Source: Podospora anserina (taxonomy: Eukaryota). From it: DNA of 64,000 nt. The translations under genes were made by a program, and so were the position numbers. The stretch spans positions 1,054,001-1,118,000 of the forward strand of contig CM030335.1 in assembly GCA_017654855.1 (NCBI GenBank). Direction: 5' to 3'. Below, in pieces: positions 53,360-64,000 of this stretch. The notes beneath the pieces are model-generated. The model was not told the DNA's origin. It made no database searches and saw nothing but the letters and a program-made list of their open reading frames with translations. The number at the start of each line of letters is the position of its first letter. The first letter of the stretch is position 1.

Positions 53360-54730
53360 ATGTTTTCTACAACAACAACAACTGCAAAGCCAACACCGAT
53401 TATGACTCTGCTGCTACGAGGGCCCTGTCGCCTGCTCGCCCCCCACAGACATGCGACACGCCGTCCCCGCGCAGGGGCAGTCTGCACATCACCACCATCG
53501 TCACGGTTCATAGCTCAACCACAACGCCGAAATGCCTCGTCTTCTTCCACCGACAACAATGCGCAACAGCAGCCCCCTTCCTCCTCTCCTGCCCCGCGAC
53601 GAACTCGCCCGAAAACAGCCCTCTTCTTCCCCGGTCAGGGCGTCCAAAAGGTCGGCATGCTCGCCCCTTGGCTCGAAGCCTTCCCCACCACCGCCGTGCC
53701 GATAGTCGAAGAAATAGACCACATTGTCGGGTATAGACTCTCGGACGTGATCGCCAATGGCCCGTCCAAAGACCTCAACCTCACCCCCAACGCCCAGCCC
53801 GCCATCATGGCGACCTCGATCCTGATACTGCGTATCCTAGAAAAGGAATTCGGGTTCAAGGTGGATGAACGAGTGGATTTCACACTGGGACATTCCCTGG
53901 GGGAGTTTGCGGCACTGGTGTCGTCTGGCTACATTGAATTCGAAGACTCGCTGCACATGGTGCAGAAACGGGCCGAGGCCATGGCGGATGCGACGAGGAA
54001 GGCAGAGGAGGAGTACGGAGGGGAGTATGGCATGGTGGCTATTGTTTCCGAGCCGCCGCACATGCAGCAGTTGATAGCTGCGATCGAGGAGTTTGTTGGG
54101 TATGGGAGCGAGGGGGGGAAGAGCGAGAGTGCGGAGAACAGGTCGCCGATCGAGCAGGTGCTTATTGCGAATGTTAATTCCAAGAACCAGATTGTGCTGT
54201 CGGGGAATATTGAACGGATCAAGACGCTGGTGGCGCATGTGAGGCAGTTTTTGGGGCACGATCCTAGGGCTGTGAGGCTGAAGAGTGATAGTCCTTTTCA
54301 TAGCCCGATTATGAAGCCTGCTGTGGGGGTTATGCATAGGATTTTGAACGGGAGGAGTCGTCGGGTGAGGGGGAGGGAGGGGGAGGATATTGTTAGCTGG
54401 CCGGGCTTGGTGCCGTGTGTGAGTAATGTGACGGCGAGGGTGTTTGGGAGTAGGGAAGAAGTAAAGGATTTGCTGGCGAGGCAGTGTTTGGAGACTGTTC
54501 AGTGGTGGGGGAGCATCAAGTATTTGGATCAGGAGGAGAAGGTGAGGAGGTGGGTGGGGATTGGGCCGGGGAAGGTTGGGAGGAACTTGGTGGGCAAGGA
54601 GGTGGGGATGAGAGGGAAGGATGCGGTCAAGGGGGGTGGTGTGTGGGCTATTACTGATCCGAGCGAGATTGAGGAGGTGTTGAGGGGGTTGGAGGAGACG
54701 GAGAATTTGGTGGAGGAGGAGGCCGAGTGA
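53360..54730 (+). CDS. MCT1: Mitochondrial malonyl-CoA:ACP transacylase
   Basis: FPGQG, AQPAI, GHSLGEFAAL, ANVNSKNQIVLSG, SPFHS, IGPGKV; Arg-rich presequence; start may be 53402. Confidence 0.92.
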   Translation: MFSTTTTTAKPTPIMTLLLRGPCRLLAPHRHATRRPRAGAVCTSPPSSRFIAQPQRRNASSSSTDNNAQQQPPSSSPAPRRTRPKTALFFPGQGVQKVGMLAPWLEAFPTTAVPIVEEIDHIVGYRLSDVIANGPSKDLNLTPNAQPAIMATSILILRILEKEFGFKVDERVDFTLGHSLGEFAALVSSGYIEFEDSLHMVQKRAEAMADATRKAEEEYGGEYGMVAIVSEPPHMQQLIAAIEEFVGYGSEGGKSESAENRSPIEQVLIANVNSKNQIVLSGNIERIKTLVAHVRQFLGHDPRAVRLKSDSPFHSPIMKPAVGVMHRILNGRSRRVRGREGEDIVSWPGLVPCVSNVTARVFGSREEVKDLLARQCLETVQWWGSIKYLDQEEKVRRWVGIGPGKVGRNLVGKEVGMRGKDAVKGGGVWAITDPSEIEEVLRGLEETENLVEEEAE

Positions 54731-55180
54731 TTTTTACGGGAGAGAGTATTATTATACCACTTGCGTATGGATATGGACATGGAAGTGGTTTGGTTTGACA
54801 TGTTCAACAGCGAGCAGCGGGCGGCGGTTTGGCGTTTGGGTTATTTGGGGGGGGGGTTGATGTGCCCACCTAGGATACGGACTGTAATTGGTTACCCATT
54901 TATTTTCTACTCTTTACTCACGTCACAGGGGTAATTGTCTGTGGCATATGTTGGATGCTATGTCTATGATAACTGGATGTGTAAGTGAAGGCTATGGGCC
55001 GCCCCAAAACGGTGACCCACCAGTGCGGTACCTAGACTAGACTAAGCCCCTGCGGCCCAAACAGCTGGCGTTAGCGGGGGGAGCTTTGACCGCTGACATG
55101 CGCCTCCTTTCCAGCGCCCGTCCATCGAGGTTCTCTTTTTAAACCATACCACCACCCTAAAGGTAAATCCTCCGCACAAG

Positions 55181-55232
55181 ATGTCGACCACCCTCCCCTC
55201 AATTGCCTGCTTGGGCGTAATAGGTCGAAACG

Positions 55233-55279
<47 letters not shown>

Positions 55280-55867
55280 TTTTCTTTTCACTCTTTCTTC
55301 TAGGAAAGCGCAAACTGACGGTCAACTTAGAACAACCCCCTCCACATCTCCATCTTCAACTCCTACGACCCCTCCACCAACTCGTTCCGTCCAGTCCGCA
55401 CGCCCCTCCAATTTTCCTTACTGCTCTCCTCCACCCTCGACATCTTTGAGCTCCGATCCCGCGCCCACGCCGCCCAGGGGACCGGCCTGACAGGTGACTT
55501 TGGCCTGCTGCACGCGGTAGACGAGAAGCTGGCGGCCTATGGCTTCGAGACCAACACGGGGGTGAAGTTTGTGGTCGTGGTGGACATGAGAGGGAGGAGA
55601 GCGTCGACTGCTGCTGCTGGCGTGGGAGAGGATGGGAAGAAGAGCAGCGCGGTGGGGACGACGGGGGTGGGGCTGAGAGAAGGAGAGATGAGGGTTGTGT
55701 TCAAGGCGATGCAGGCGGCGTATATCCGGTTGATGCAGAACCCTTTTTACGATCCGGATGAGCATAGCCCGCTGACGGGGCCGGGGAAGAAGATTACGAG
55801 TAGGAGGTTTGGGGAGGAGATGAGGAAGATTGGGGAGGGGTGGGTGCCGGGGGTGACGAGTTTGTGA
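55181..55867 (+). CDS. TRAPP sedlin-family subunit (TRAPPC2L/Tca17-like)
   Basis: IACLGVIGRN|NNPLHI across intron 55232-55330, AYGFETNTGVKFVVV, AYIRLMQNPFY, ITSRRF. Confidence 0.88.
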
Positions 55868-56122
55868 TTTTGAGTAGCTACGGTGGGTGTGTGTGCTAAT
55901 GGGCGTTTGAAAAGGGGATACCTGGGTGTTTTTGGCGTTTTTTTTTAATCACAGCATTTCTTTTTCCAACGAAACAGAGACATTGTTTCTTTCAAGCAAG
56001 CGAAAACAGGGTTTATATTTACGGTTAGGATAGGTACGAGAGGTAACCAATCCGGAGAAGCCAACCAAAACGCCAATCATCATCCCTAGTATGTACAGGA
56101 ACTTCATCACCAGCAAATCTCG

Positions 56123-57635
56123 TCACTCGAACGAATTCGTCAGACTAAATTCCTCAAACGGCATTCCCTCCTCCCAGGCCTCCTCCCCTCCCTCGGGCCT
56201 CACAACTTTTGCCCACCCCGTCACCAACGCCCTCCAGTAACACGCCTCGGCCGCTTTGGAGAAATACCCCCCTCCGACAAACAGCTCCCTCTGCCTAGTG
56301 GCGATCCCCTCGGCAACCTCTGGGTTTTCTTCTAACCACCTCACCGTCTCCTCCAAATCAGACCAGTCAGGCTTGACAAAAACAATATTCGCCTCCCTCG
56401 CGTCCACACCCGTCCCCCAAGCGCCCTTGACTCGTTCAGTCGTCTCCCACCTCTTGCCGGTCAACTTCCCACTGTAGACGGGTCTCACAAGATGGGTGGT
56501 GTGCTGCATCCAGAGAATGGGGGGCGTCAAAACGACGCTCTGGCACATTTGCAGAAATTGAAACCGGCCCGAGTAGGCGATTCCCTCGGTGTGGATGACG
56601 TATTTGTAGCGGCAAAAGTCCTGGATAGGCAAGGCGTTGGTTGCGTTGCGGTTTTTGCCTGTCCACTCTAGCTTTTGGACGTCGAAGATTTCGGGGTGGG
56701 GGCGGGTGGTTTGGAGGAGGTTTTGGCGGAGGTGGGGGGAGAGGACCGAGTTGAACCAGGTTGTTCCGCGCCAGACGGCTTTGGGGATTTTGGAGGGGAA
56801 GGGGAGGGTTGATTCGAGGGAGGTGATGAGGGAGGCGGCGTGGGGGAGGGAGCGGATGAAGGGGAGGGGCCAGGACCAGAAGGAGAAGTGGGGGATTAGG
56901 AAGAGGCGTTGTTGTTGGGTGTTGGTTGGGGAGGGGGATTTGGGGGAAGATGGGGGAGGAGGCGGGGCGGGAGTAGGACCAGGCTGTGCCGAAGGGGGTG
57001 TCTTGGAAGTTGAGGGTGAAGAGGGTGTTTGGGAGGGGGGAGGGGGAGGTGAGGAGGGCGCGGTTGAGTTGGTGGAGGGAGGCGGTGCGGGACTGTTTCC
57101 CCCTGGGGGAGGATGTTAGTGAGGGGGATGAAGAGGGGGATGAACTGGGGGTGTTTACGTTTGACATTTCTTGTGACAGATCTTTTCGTCGCTGGGCGTG
57201 GATGATGTAGATTTGCCCGTCTTTGATCCTTCCTTGTAATGGGCCTTGGTTGTTGGAGTATCTCTTCATGGTGAACGGACCCTCGGCGACGGCATCGTCG
57301 ATTTCTTTGGTGAGGCCTGGGAAGGCAGCATTGCATTGGTCTTCGTCTAGGGAAAGATTGTTGAGCAGCTCTGGGGGTGGCGGTCTTTGGCTTAGTTGTT
57401 GTTTGGAAAGTGCTGGCTTCAAAGACGACGACGACGACGACGACGATGATGATGATGGTGTCCTCCAGAGAAACACAAAGCAGTAAAACACGAGGATTCC
57501 ACCCGCGATGAGTGTTATTTGTGTTATTCGTCGCTTTTGTCGGTGTTTCATTTTCATCTTCATTCGACTCGAGGATGTGTGTATTGGGAGAGATATTGGT
57601 TTGGACATCGGGATACTGAAGCGCTTTTCGAGCAT
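56123..57635 (-). CDS. CAP10 / glycosyltransferase family 90 protein, with one apparent frameshift near 56940
   Basis: N-terminal TM anchor, QCNAAFPGL, GRIKDGQIYI, then in another frame FLIPHFSFWSW, KAVWRG, DFCRYKYVIHTEGIAYSGR, DWSDLEE, ACYWRAL. Confidence 0.82.
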
Positions 57636-58903
57636 CGTGTCGGTTTGATCTCATCTATCGTCGCTTGAATCTGCGGAGAGAAGGATTTCTTCACCACAAC
57701 CTGGCCCAGGCAAGGAGAAAAAAAGATGTACATCAAAGATGCATAGTGTTGAACATGTGGTTGCTCTTCTCCCGCGCTGTTCCCGAACCAGCACGGCGAT
57801 GTGAAAACGATGTCATCAGCACCTCTGTCCCAGGAAAGAGAGACGGCAGGTAGCGTACAAGACGAATGGCACACGGGGTCTAGCGAGAAGGAAACAAACA
57901 GTATCAAAATCTGGGGAGAGTCGCATGTTGGACCTGCGGGGTCTCCCAAGACTTCAAATCCCAGGTTGAACGTTGACAAGACCTCAACCCGCGGCGGCTC
58001 TTGCTCCGAAGCCATCGATCGCCCCCGATGTAGAGAGAGATCATGCTCACCCTTACAGGGAGACACCGCATCTAATTTGAGGAAGGGGGTGCTGCCCGGC
58101 AAAAGAAGCGGTACTTACGCAACCAGCCACAGGAAAGCTCGCCAGATTTCAATCTATCTTTCTATTCTTCCAGTGGTAGCTTGTGCAACAGTACCATACA
58201 ACGTGCAAGTGCCTCTTGGTGTTTCCCCTACCCTACCACTTCCCCCTCCGAGAGCTGCGCGATTGTCCCGATCTAGCAACTCCCCCAGAGCCACCAAGAC
58301 TCAAGCCCCCCCGATGTAACCCTGCGACCGTTCTTCCCCACAAGTTTGACCAACCAATCGTTCGAGTCGTCGAGAGTTCCGATTCCGTGTCTGTCAAAAC
58401 CTGGGGGGCGCTAACGCACGATAAAAGGCGAGACGGGTAGGTAGCTTGTGTGTGGTTGTTTCCGGGTTTGATATGGGAAGCGAAACACGGCACGATAGGG
58501 TGTGAAAAGCTTCATGTCTGAGATACGGAGGCATTGAGAGCTGCTATGGTCAGTTTCATTCTGACCATGGCGCAAACACCAGGTAAACGCCTGTGAGCTA
58601 TCTCGATGTGATAACTTCCTATAGGGGGGATGGTTGTTTCTGAAAGTTCAAGATCAACCACTTCATAGGCACGCAGTTTTGCCCCTCATTGTCATTTTCA
58701 CCTCGCCACTGCACAGTCACAATATTGACCAGCATATCTCACACCCCTCTTTGATTCAGCAAACACTTTTGAACATTGCTAACCCTGCCCACAGTCCACC
58801 TCTGTTGACTTCTGGACTATTCGAGACTGTTCATTTTCCAAGTAATGCCTATTAGACCCAAAGAGATACCTAGTCACGTTATCGACAAGATAAATCTCAC
58901 TAG

Positions 58904-58942
58904 AACAACAGCAACAACAACAACAGCAACAACAACAACAGC

Positions 58943-58976
<34 letters not shown>

Positions 58977-58987
58977 GCAACAACAAC
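58904..58987. repeat. (ACA/GCA)n trinucleotide microsatellite
   Basis: About 28 units. Confidence 0.95.
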
Positions 58988-59087
58988 TCATGTTATAAAC
59001 CTGACCACGTCCCAGACGATATCTTAGTCAATACCCCTTTAAAGATACCTAGTCAGCAGGCCTTCGAAGATCGACTAACAGCAGTGT

Positions 59088-59744
59088 CTATGGGTTTAGT
59101 ATAGTGAAAAGTGGTATAATTGGGGCTGACATAACTCGAAGCGGTATTGCTGGGGCTACCTTAGGGCGCCTGTAATCAATGTTGTGGGGACCGGGACGAC
59201 AAACATTAGGATCTATAGAGCTAGGGTAGCGAGAACCGACGTTGCTGGGGCCGCCATGACGAAAAGCTATTTCGGTCGAGTCGCTGCTTTCAGAGCCGGT
59301 GTTTCTAGAGCCCCTGCTGCTAGGCCCGGAATAATTAGCAGAAGTCTTGTTGGGGCCGGTATGACGAGAATCGATACCGCTCGGGCCGTCTTGGCTGGTG
59401 CCGGTGTTGCTAGAGCCAGTGTTATTGGGACCGGCTTCCTTAGAATTGGACCTTGGTAGTGCCTGGGCCGGTGTTGCTGGGTTCCAGGGGTTGCTAGACT
59501 CGGCGTGCCTAGAACTGGTATTACTGGATTTCGGGTTGCCGGAATCAGCTTGCCTAGAGCTGGTGTTCTTGGACTTGGACTTGGGGTTGTTTGATTCGGT
59601 GTGTCTGGAACCGACGTGTCTGGAACCGCTGTTGGGGGCGTTGCTGGATTCAGTGCTGCTGGGCTCGATTTGCCTAGGGCCGGTACTGCTGGACTCGGGG
59701 TTACTGGACTCGGCATGCCTAGAGCCGGTAGTGCTGCTCGTCAT
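59088..59744 (-). CDS. Orphan Ser/Gly/Asn-rich ORF built of degenerate 15-bp (pentapeptide) repeats; may be non-functional
   Basis: TGSRH AESSN PESSS TGPRQ IEPSS TESSN periodicity; no recognised domain. Confidence 0.35.
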   Translation of the reverse strand: MTSSTTGSRHAESSNPESSSTGPRQIEPSSTESSNAPNSGSRHVGSRHTESNNPKSKSKNTSSRQADSGNPKSSNTSSRHAESSNPWNPATPAQALPRSNSKEAGPNNTGSSNTGTSQDGPSGIDSRHTGPNKTSANYSGPSSRGSRNTGSESSDSTEIAFRHGGPSNVGSRYPSSIDPNVCRPGPHNIDYRRPKVAPAIPLRVMSAPIIPLFTILNP

Positions 59745-60596
59745 GTTGAATACAGCTGTTGGCTAGAAGTATTATGGTAAAACGAACGTGGTCGGTTATG
59801 TGTGTAGTCACATTTGTGAGAGGACAAAATGGTGCAGTTGAATGACGGGAGCTTGGGTACCTGAGTTTTCTAGTGATCCCTTTTGGGGAATCACGGGAAT
59901 TAGAGCCCCAGCAACAACCAGAGGCTCTTGCCGACAGTCCAAATGGCAAGAGACATGGAGATGTTCTTCGGTAGTTGGGAAAGTACTGCAGTGTGACAGC
60001 CCTGGGTTGTCATACACGCCATAGCACTCAGATTCCGAGACCTATTGTTCATGGAATATATATACATTGTTTTGTACATGTTACCATCAACAACTCATCA
60101 AAAGACCCTCCTTCCAAATGAGATTAGGATTACAGAGCCTGTCGGTTATGTAAACGTCAAATGAGCCCATCTGAAGTCGTATATACGCCACCTTTCACCT
60201 CGTCTAGAACCGCAAGCCAAGAGTCAAACTAAAACGATATTGTGACAGCCCTCCATGAGTCTCCGGCTACATACGTACAAGAACAAAAGCACTATACATG
60301 AATACACCCCAGTGGTATAAATAAACGCCTCTTTATGCTTCCCGGTCTAATGATTCTGTTGTTCCCTCCAGCTTCATGGAAACCGCCACCGCTCCCAAAT
60401 CCCAAATCCGTTCAAAAAGATGAAAAAGACTCCGCTGTGTCCATGCGTTCCAGGCGATGCTATGCGTTTTGGTCATCGACAACCCAGTGCCTCCCAATCG
60501 TGTGTACCCTCCCGAAAACGCCGAGAAAAAAAGACCAAGAATATGATGTGCGTGTGTAAAGTGTGCAAAGGCGTATGAGTAGTTCGAAGCAAGTGA

Positions 60597-61337
60597 CTAA
60601 ACGTGCCTTGTGCGTTTCCCACCGCCAAACATATCCTTTCCGTTCCCGAGATCGACACCGTTTAGGTCGAAGTACTCAGCGAGGTTCATCTTTCTCTTGT
60701 GGCCCGCGCCCTGTCCCAAATCTCTCCGTGTCCTCCCAGGTCGTACATCTCTTCTTCTGGTGTTGCGTGGTGTCGTCCGGTTTGATGTGTTATGGTTTGA
60801 TGCTTGGTTGGCATCAGACAGGTTGAGGTTGGCGAGCCGCATGGCCTCATCGTGAGGATAAGCATGTGCTGACTGGAAGTTGAAGGTATCCTGCGTAGGA
60901 ACAACAAAGTCGACCTCCTCCACTATCGGGCTAGGCGGACAGGGAACCGTTGCAAGAACCGGAGGCGCCGAATCTCTCATCTGGACCTCGTCCCGGTCGA
61001 CAGATGTTTGTGCTGCCGGAGGGCTCGTTCGTTGTGCCTGAGGGGATGAGGCGGCAGGCTCGGGCTTCTCGGGCTCGTCGTCGCTCTCGATGGATGGGGG
61101 TGTGGTGTCCCTAGTCTCTGATCTATCCATCGCCCATTTCCGGATCTTTGAGCCTACATCACCAGCAGACAGTCCGATGTTTTCTTTGTCCAGAAAGGCA
61201 ATCAGGTCTTCAAGACAGTCTTGATAGCCATCGGCGCGAGACTTGGTTTGCGCGGCCGCTGACGTCTTGTAGAGCTTGGTGACGGACAGTGCAGCAGCCC
61301 GGAAGGCATCGAGAAGCTCGTGCGAATCGGCGCTCAT
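60597..61337 (-). CDS. YJR056C / HAPSTR1 (C16orf72)-like conserved protein
   Basis: ELLDAFRAAALSVTKLYK...GYQDCLEDLIAFL helix pair, disordered middle, C-terminal basic motifs HKRK and GKRTR; start uncertain. Confidence 0.7.
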   Translation of the reverse strand: MSADSHELLDAFRAAALSVTKLYKTSAAAQTKSRADGYQDCLEDLIAFLDKENIGLSAGDVGSKIRKWAMDRSETRDTTPPSIESDDEPEKPEPAASSPQAQRTSPPAAQTSVDRDEVQMRDSAPPVLATVPCPPSPIVEEVDFVVPTQDTFNFQSAHAYPHDEAMRLANLNLSDANQASNHNTSNRTTPRNTRRRDVRPGRTRRDLGQGAGHKRKMNLAEYFDLNGVDLGNGKDMFGGGKRTRHV

Positions 61338-62469
61338 GGCTGAATGTGAAGCTGTAGGCGGTAAAATGAGGCGAGGTCTCGTCCACGCCCTGGCAGTCTA
61401 TGAGGTTGTCGAAGTCGGTGGAAAGCTTCGGGGGTGATGACTCTGCCTGATTACTGGGGAGATCGAGGTACTGAGGGGTTTTCGCTAAACCAAGAGAGCC
61501 AGGTTGAAGTGGGACTTGGAGTGGAGATGGACCTGTCAGGGTGTCGTTTTTGGCGGGGCGTTGCCTGGGAGCTTCTTCTTCTTCACTGTGGAGGCCCAGC
61601 CCGGCCTTGCACTTGAGGTTCTTGAAAAGAGTGTCGGTCGGATTAGAAGAAAGATCAACACACAATATGGCTATGATGTTTGGCTATAGGGATAAGATGA
61701 TTGATGCTTGAGTCGGGCTGTCAACACGGCCAAGTCTGTGTTGTCATATGCTGAGTGAGTTGGACGAGCACGGGACTGGCTCCAACAGAGGCCATGGAAG
61801 ATTGGCTCCTTTCTTTCCAACAAGGCCAGTTACGGTTCAGGGGTGGTTGCATACCGCCTACGGCACGTGCGAAGCTCGGGCAAAGGCCGGTCCTCTCTCT
61901 GAGCCGTGCACATTGATCTCGAAGTGCTTCAATGAGCATAATACTCTGTATCTGGATCAGAGAGACAATGAATATAGAGAGAAAAACTGCTGTTTAGACT
62001 GAATAAAGACTAGGTCACATAAGGTAGTTGCTTCAAGGTCAATGGAGAGCCTGTTGGCTGTTTTACTGTATATTGTAAATATGGAGCGAGGCTGTCTCTC
62101 ACTGGCCCTTTCATTCATCAGTAGTGTTAGTCAGCAGGGCGGCGGAGCCTTTTGGACGACGGCACTTTAATCCCCTCGTCATCCAGGGCCTGTGATTGGC
62201 TGGGCTGGATCGCGGTTTGGCCAGTTTGGGGTTCCTCGACCTCAGAAATTCGCACCTCACGGCACCCACCCTTCCTCAAACAACTACACCCCAAGCCGGC
62301 TTTCTGATTTTCACTCATTGCGCACACCAGACGACTTATCATCGCCAAAAAATCGTCGGCACCATCTCCGGGATCATAGCAACCTTCTCCGACTCGCTTA
62401 CACACGCGAGAGCGCGTCTTCGTCGCGTATAATTGATCCAAAGCCTCGACGAGGTACCCAGCAGCCACC

Positions 62470-64000
62470 ATGGCTCCCCGTGGCCGACAGAGCGGCAACG
62501 ACACCGACGCGTCCATGCAGGATGCGCCCGAGTCCGCCAGCCACGTTGTCGACGAGATGGTGAGTTTTATCTCCCGACTTGCTGGCCCAAGCCCAATCAA
62601 CCGAACTGACCATATCTCCAGGAGGTCGACGAGACTCCCGATTATACCGACTCAGATACCAATCCAAATACTACCGCCAGCAGCGTAGCCGGGGAACCAG
62701 TTCCAGATGGCCGCAAGAAGCGCTCGGAGGCCAACCAGCTGCGAAGAAGCATATTTGGTAAAAAGCACGACAGGTTGGGAGAATCAAAGGTAGGAAGAGT
62801 GAATAGGCGCAAAGAATCATGCTGCCCGTGTCTGTAGGCTGACAATTCGATAGGAGGATGACACGATTCGCCGGTTCCGATACCTTTTGGGTTTGACTGA
62901 TTTGTTCCGCCACTTCATCGAGCACAACCCAGACCCCAAAATCCGCGAAATCATGGCCGAGATCGATCGCCAAAATGAAGAAGCAGCGAAAAACAAGAAG
63001 GCCGCTGGTCGTCAGGGCGGCGCTACTAGTGAAAGACGTCGCCGCACCGAGGCCGAGGAAGACGCCGAACTTCTCAAGGACGAAAAGCACGGTGGCTCAG
63101 CCGAGACCGTCTTCCGCGAATCCCCCGCTTTCATCAATGGCACCATGAGAGATTACCAGGTTGCCGGTCTGAACTGGCTCATTTCCCTCCACGAGAATGG
63201 TATCTCTGGTATTCTGGCCGACGAAATGGGTCTGGGCAAGACACTGCAGACCATCTCTTTCCTGGGCTATCTTCGGCACATCATGGGCATCACTGGTCCC
63301 CACCTCATCACAGTTCCGAAATCAACTCTGGACAACTGGAAGCGAGAGTTTGCAAAGTGGACGCCCGAGGTCAATGTGTTGATTTTGCAAGGCGCCAAGG
63401 AGGAGCGTCACCAGCTCATCAACGATCGGTTGGTGGACGAGGATTTCGACGTGTGCATCACCAGCTACGAAATGATTCTCCGAGAAAAGGCCCATCTTCG
63501 AAAATTCGCCTGGGAGTACATCATCATCGACGAGGCCCATCGCATCAAGAACGAGGAGTCCTCGCTCGCCCAGGTCATCCGCATGTTCAACTCGCGCAAC
63601 CGTCTTTTGATCACGGGAACCCCGCTACAGAACAACCTGCACGAGCTTTGGGCGCTGCTCAACTTTTTGTTGCCCGATGTGTTTGGTGACTCTGAGGCTT
63701 TCGACCAGTGGTTCTCGGGCCAAGATAGAGACCAGGATACGGTTGTGCAGCAGCTGCACAAGGTGTTGCGGCCTTTCCTGCTTCGTCGTGTCAAGAGCGA
63801 TGTGGAGAAGAGCCTTCTACCCAAGAAGGAGGTGAATGTCTACATTGGCATGTCGGAGATGCAAGTGAAGTGGTACAAGAGAATTCTGGAAAAGGACATT
63901 GACGCCGTCAACGGTGCAGGAGGCAAGCGCGAGTCCAAGACCAGACTTCTCAACATCGTGATGCAGCTTCGAAAGTGCTGCAACCACCCTTATCTGTTTG
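62470..64000 (+). CDS. ISWI: ISWI-family chromatin remodelling ATPase, 3' truncated by window edge
   Basis: [99 protein letters not shown]. Confidence 0.96.

Noticed and set aside
58779-58991. Poly-Cys and poly-Thr ORFs
   Set aside because: Translation artefacts of the (ACA)n microsatellite.

Overview
Intron-containing filamentous ascomycete DNA (Sordariales; a Podospora-like genome is inferred from gene style and LTR structure, not proven). About 20 mostly housekeeping genes are present: a hexapeptide acetyltransferase (5'-truncated), AP-3 mu, a small DMAC1/DUF4536-like gene missed by the ORF track, complex I PSST, Mpp10, an SPX protein, nitronate monooxygenase, an amidohydrolase, Rsp5, PABPN1/Sgn1, Aip1, Alg13, Rsm24, a Ylo-1/CarD-type ALDH, Rrp4, Mct1, TRAPPC2L, a frameshifted CAP10/GT90, a YJR056C/HAPSTR1-like gene and ISWI (3'-truncated). 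They flank an 11.5 kb AT-rich, RIP-mutated transposon nest (about 29.9-41.5 kb). Target-site duplications resolve the nest into a solo LTR containing a full-length Ty3/gypsy chromovirus, which itself contains another solo LTR, plus further solo LTRs, all possibly inside an older TIR element. The most interesting signal is inside the chromovirus, between the chromodomain and the PPT. After manual reversal of RIP, the opposite strand reads as an intron-containing gene for a Zn2Cys6-like cluster + coiled coil + acidic/aromatic tail, followed by two tRNA-like A/B-box motifs exactly 200 bp apart. All family calls are motif recognition by eye; no database searches were run.
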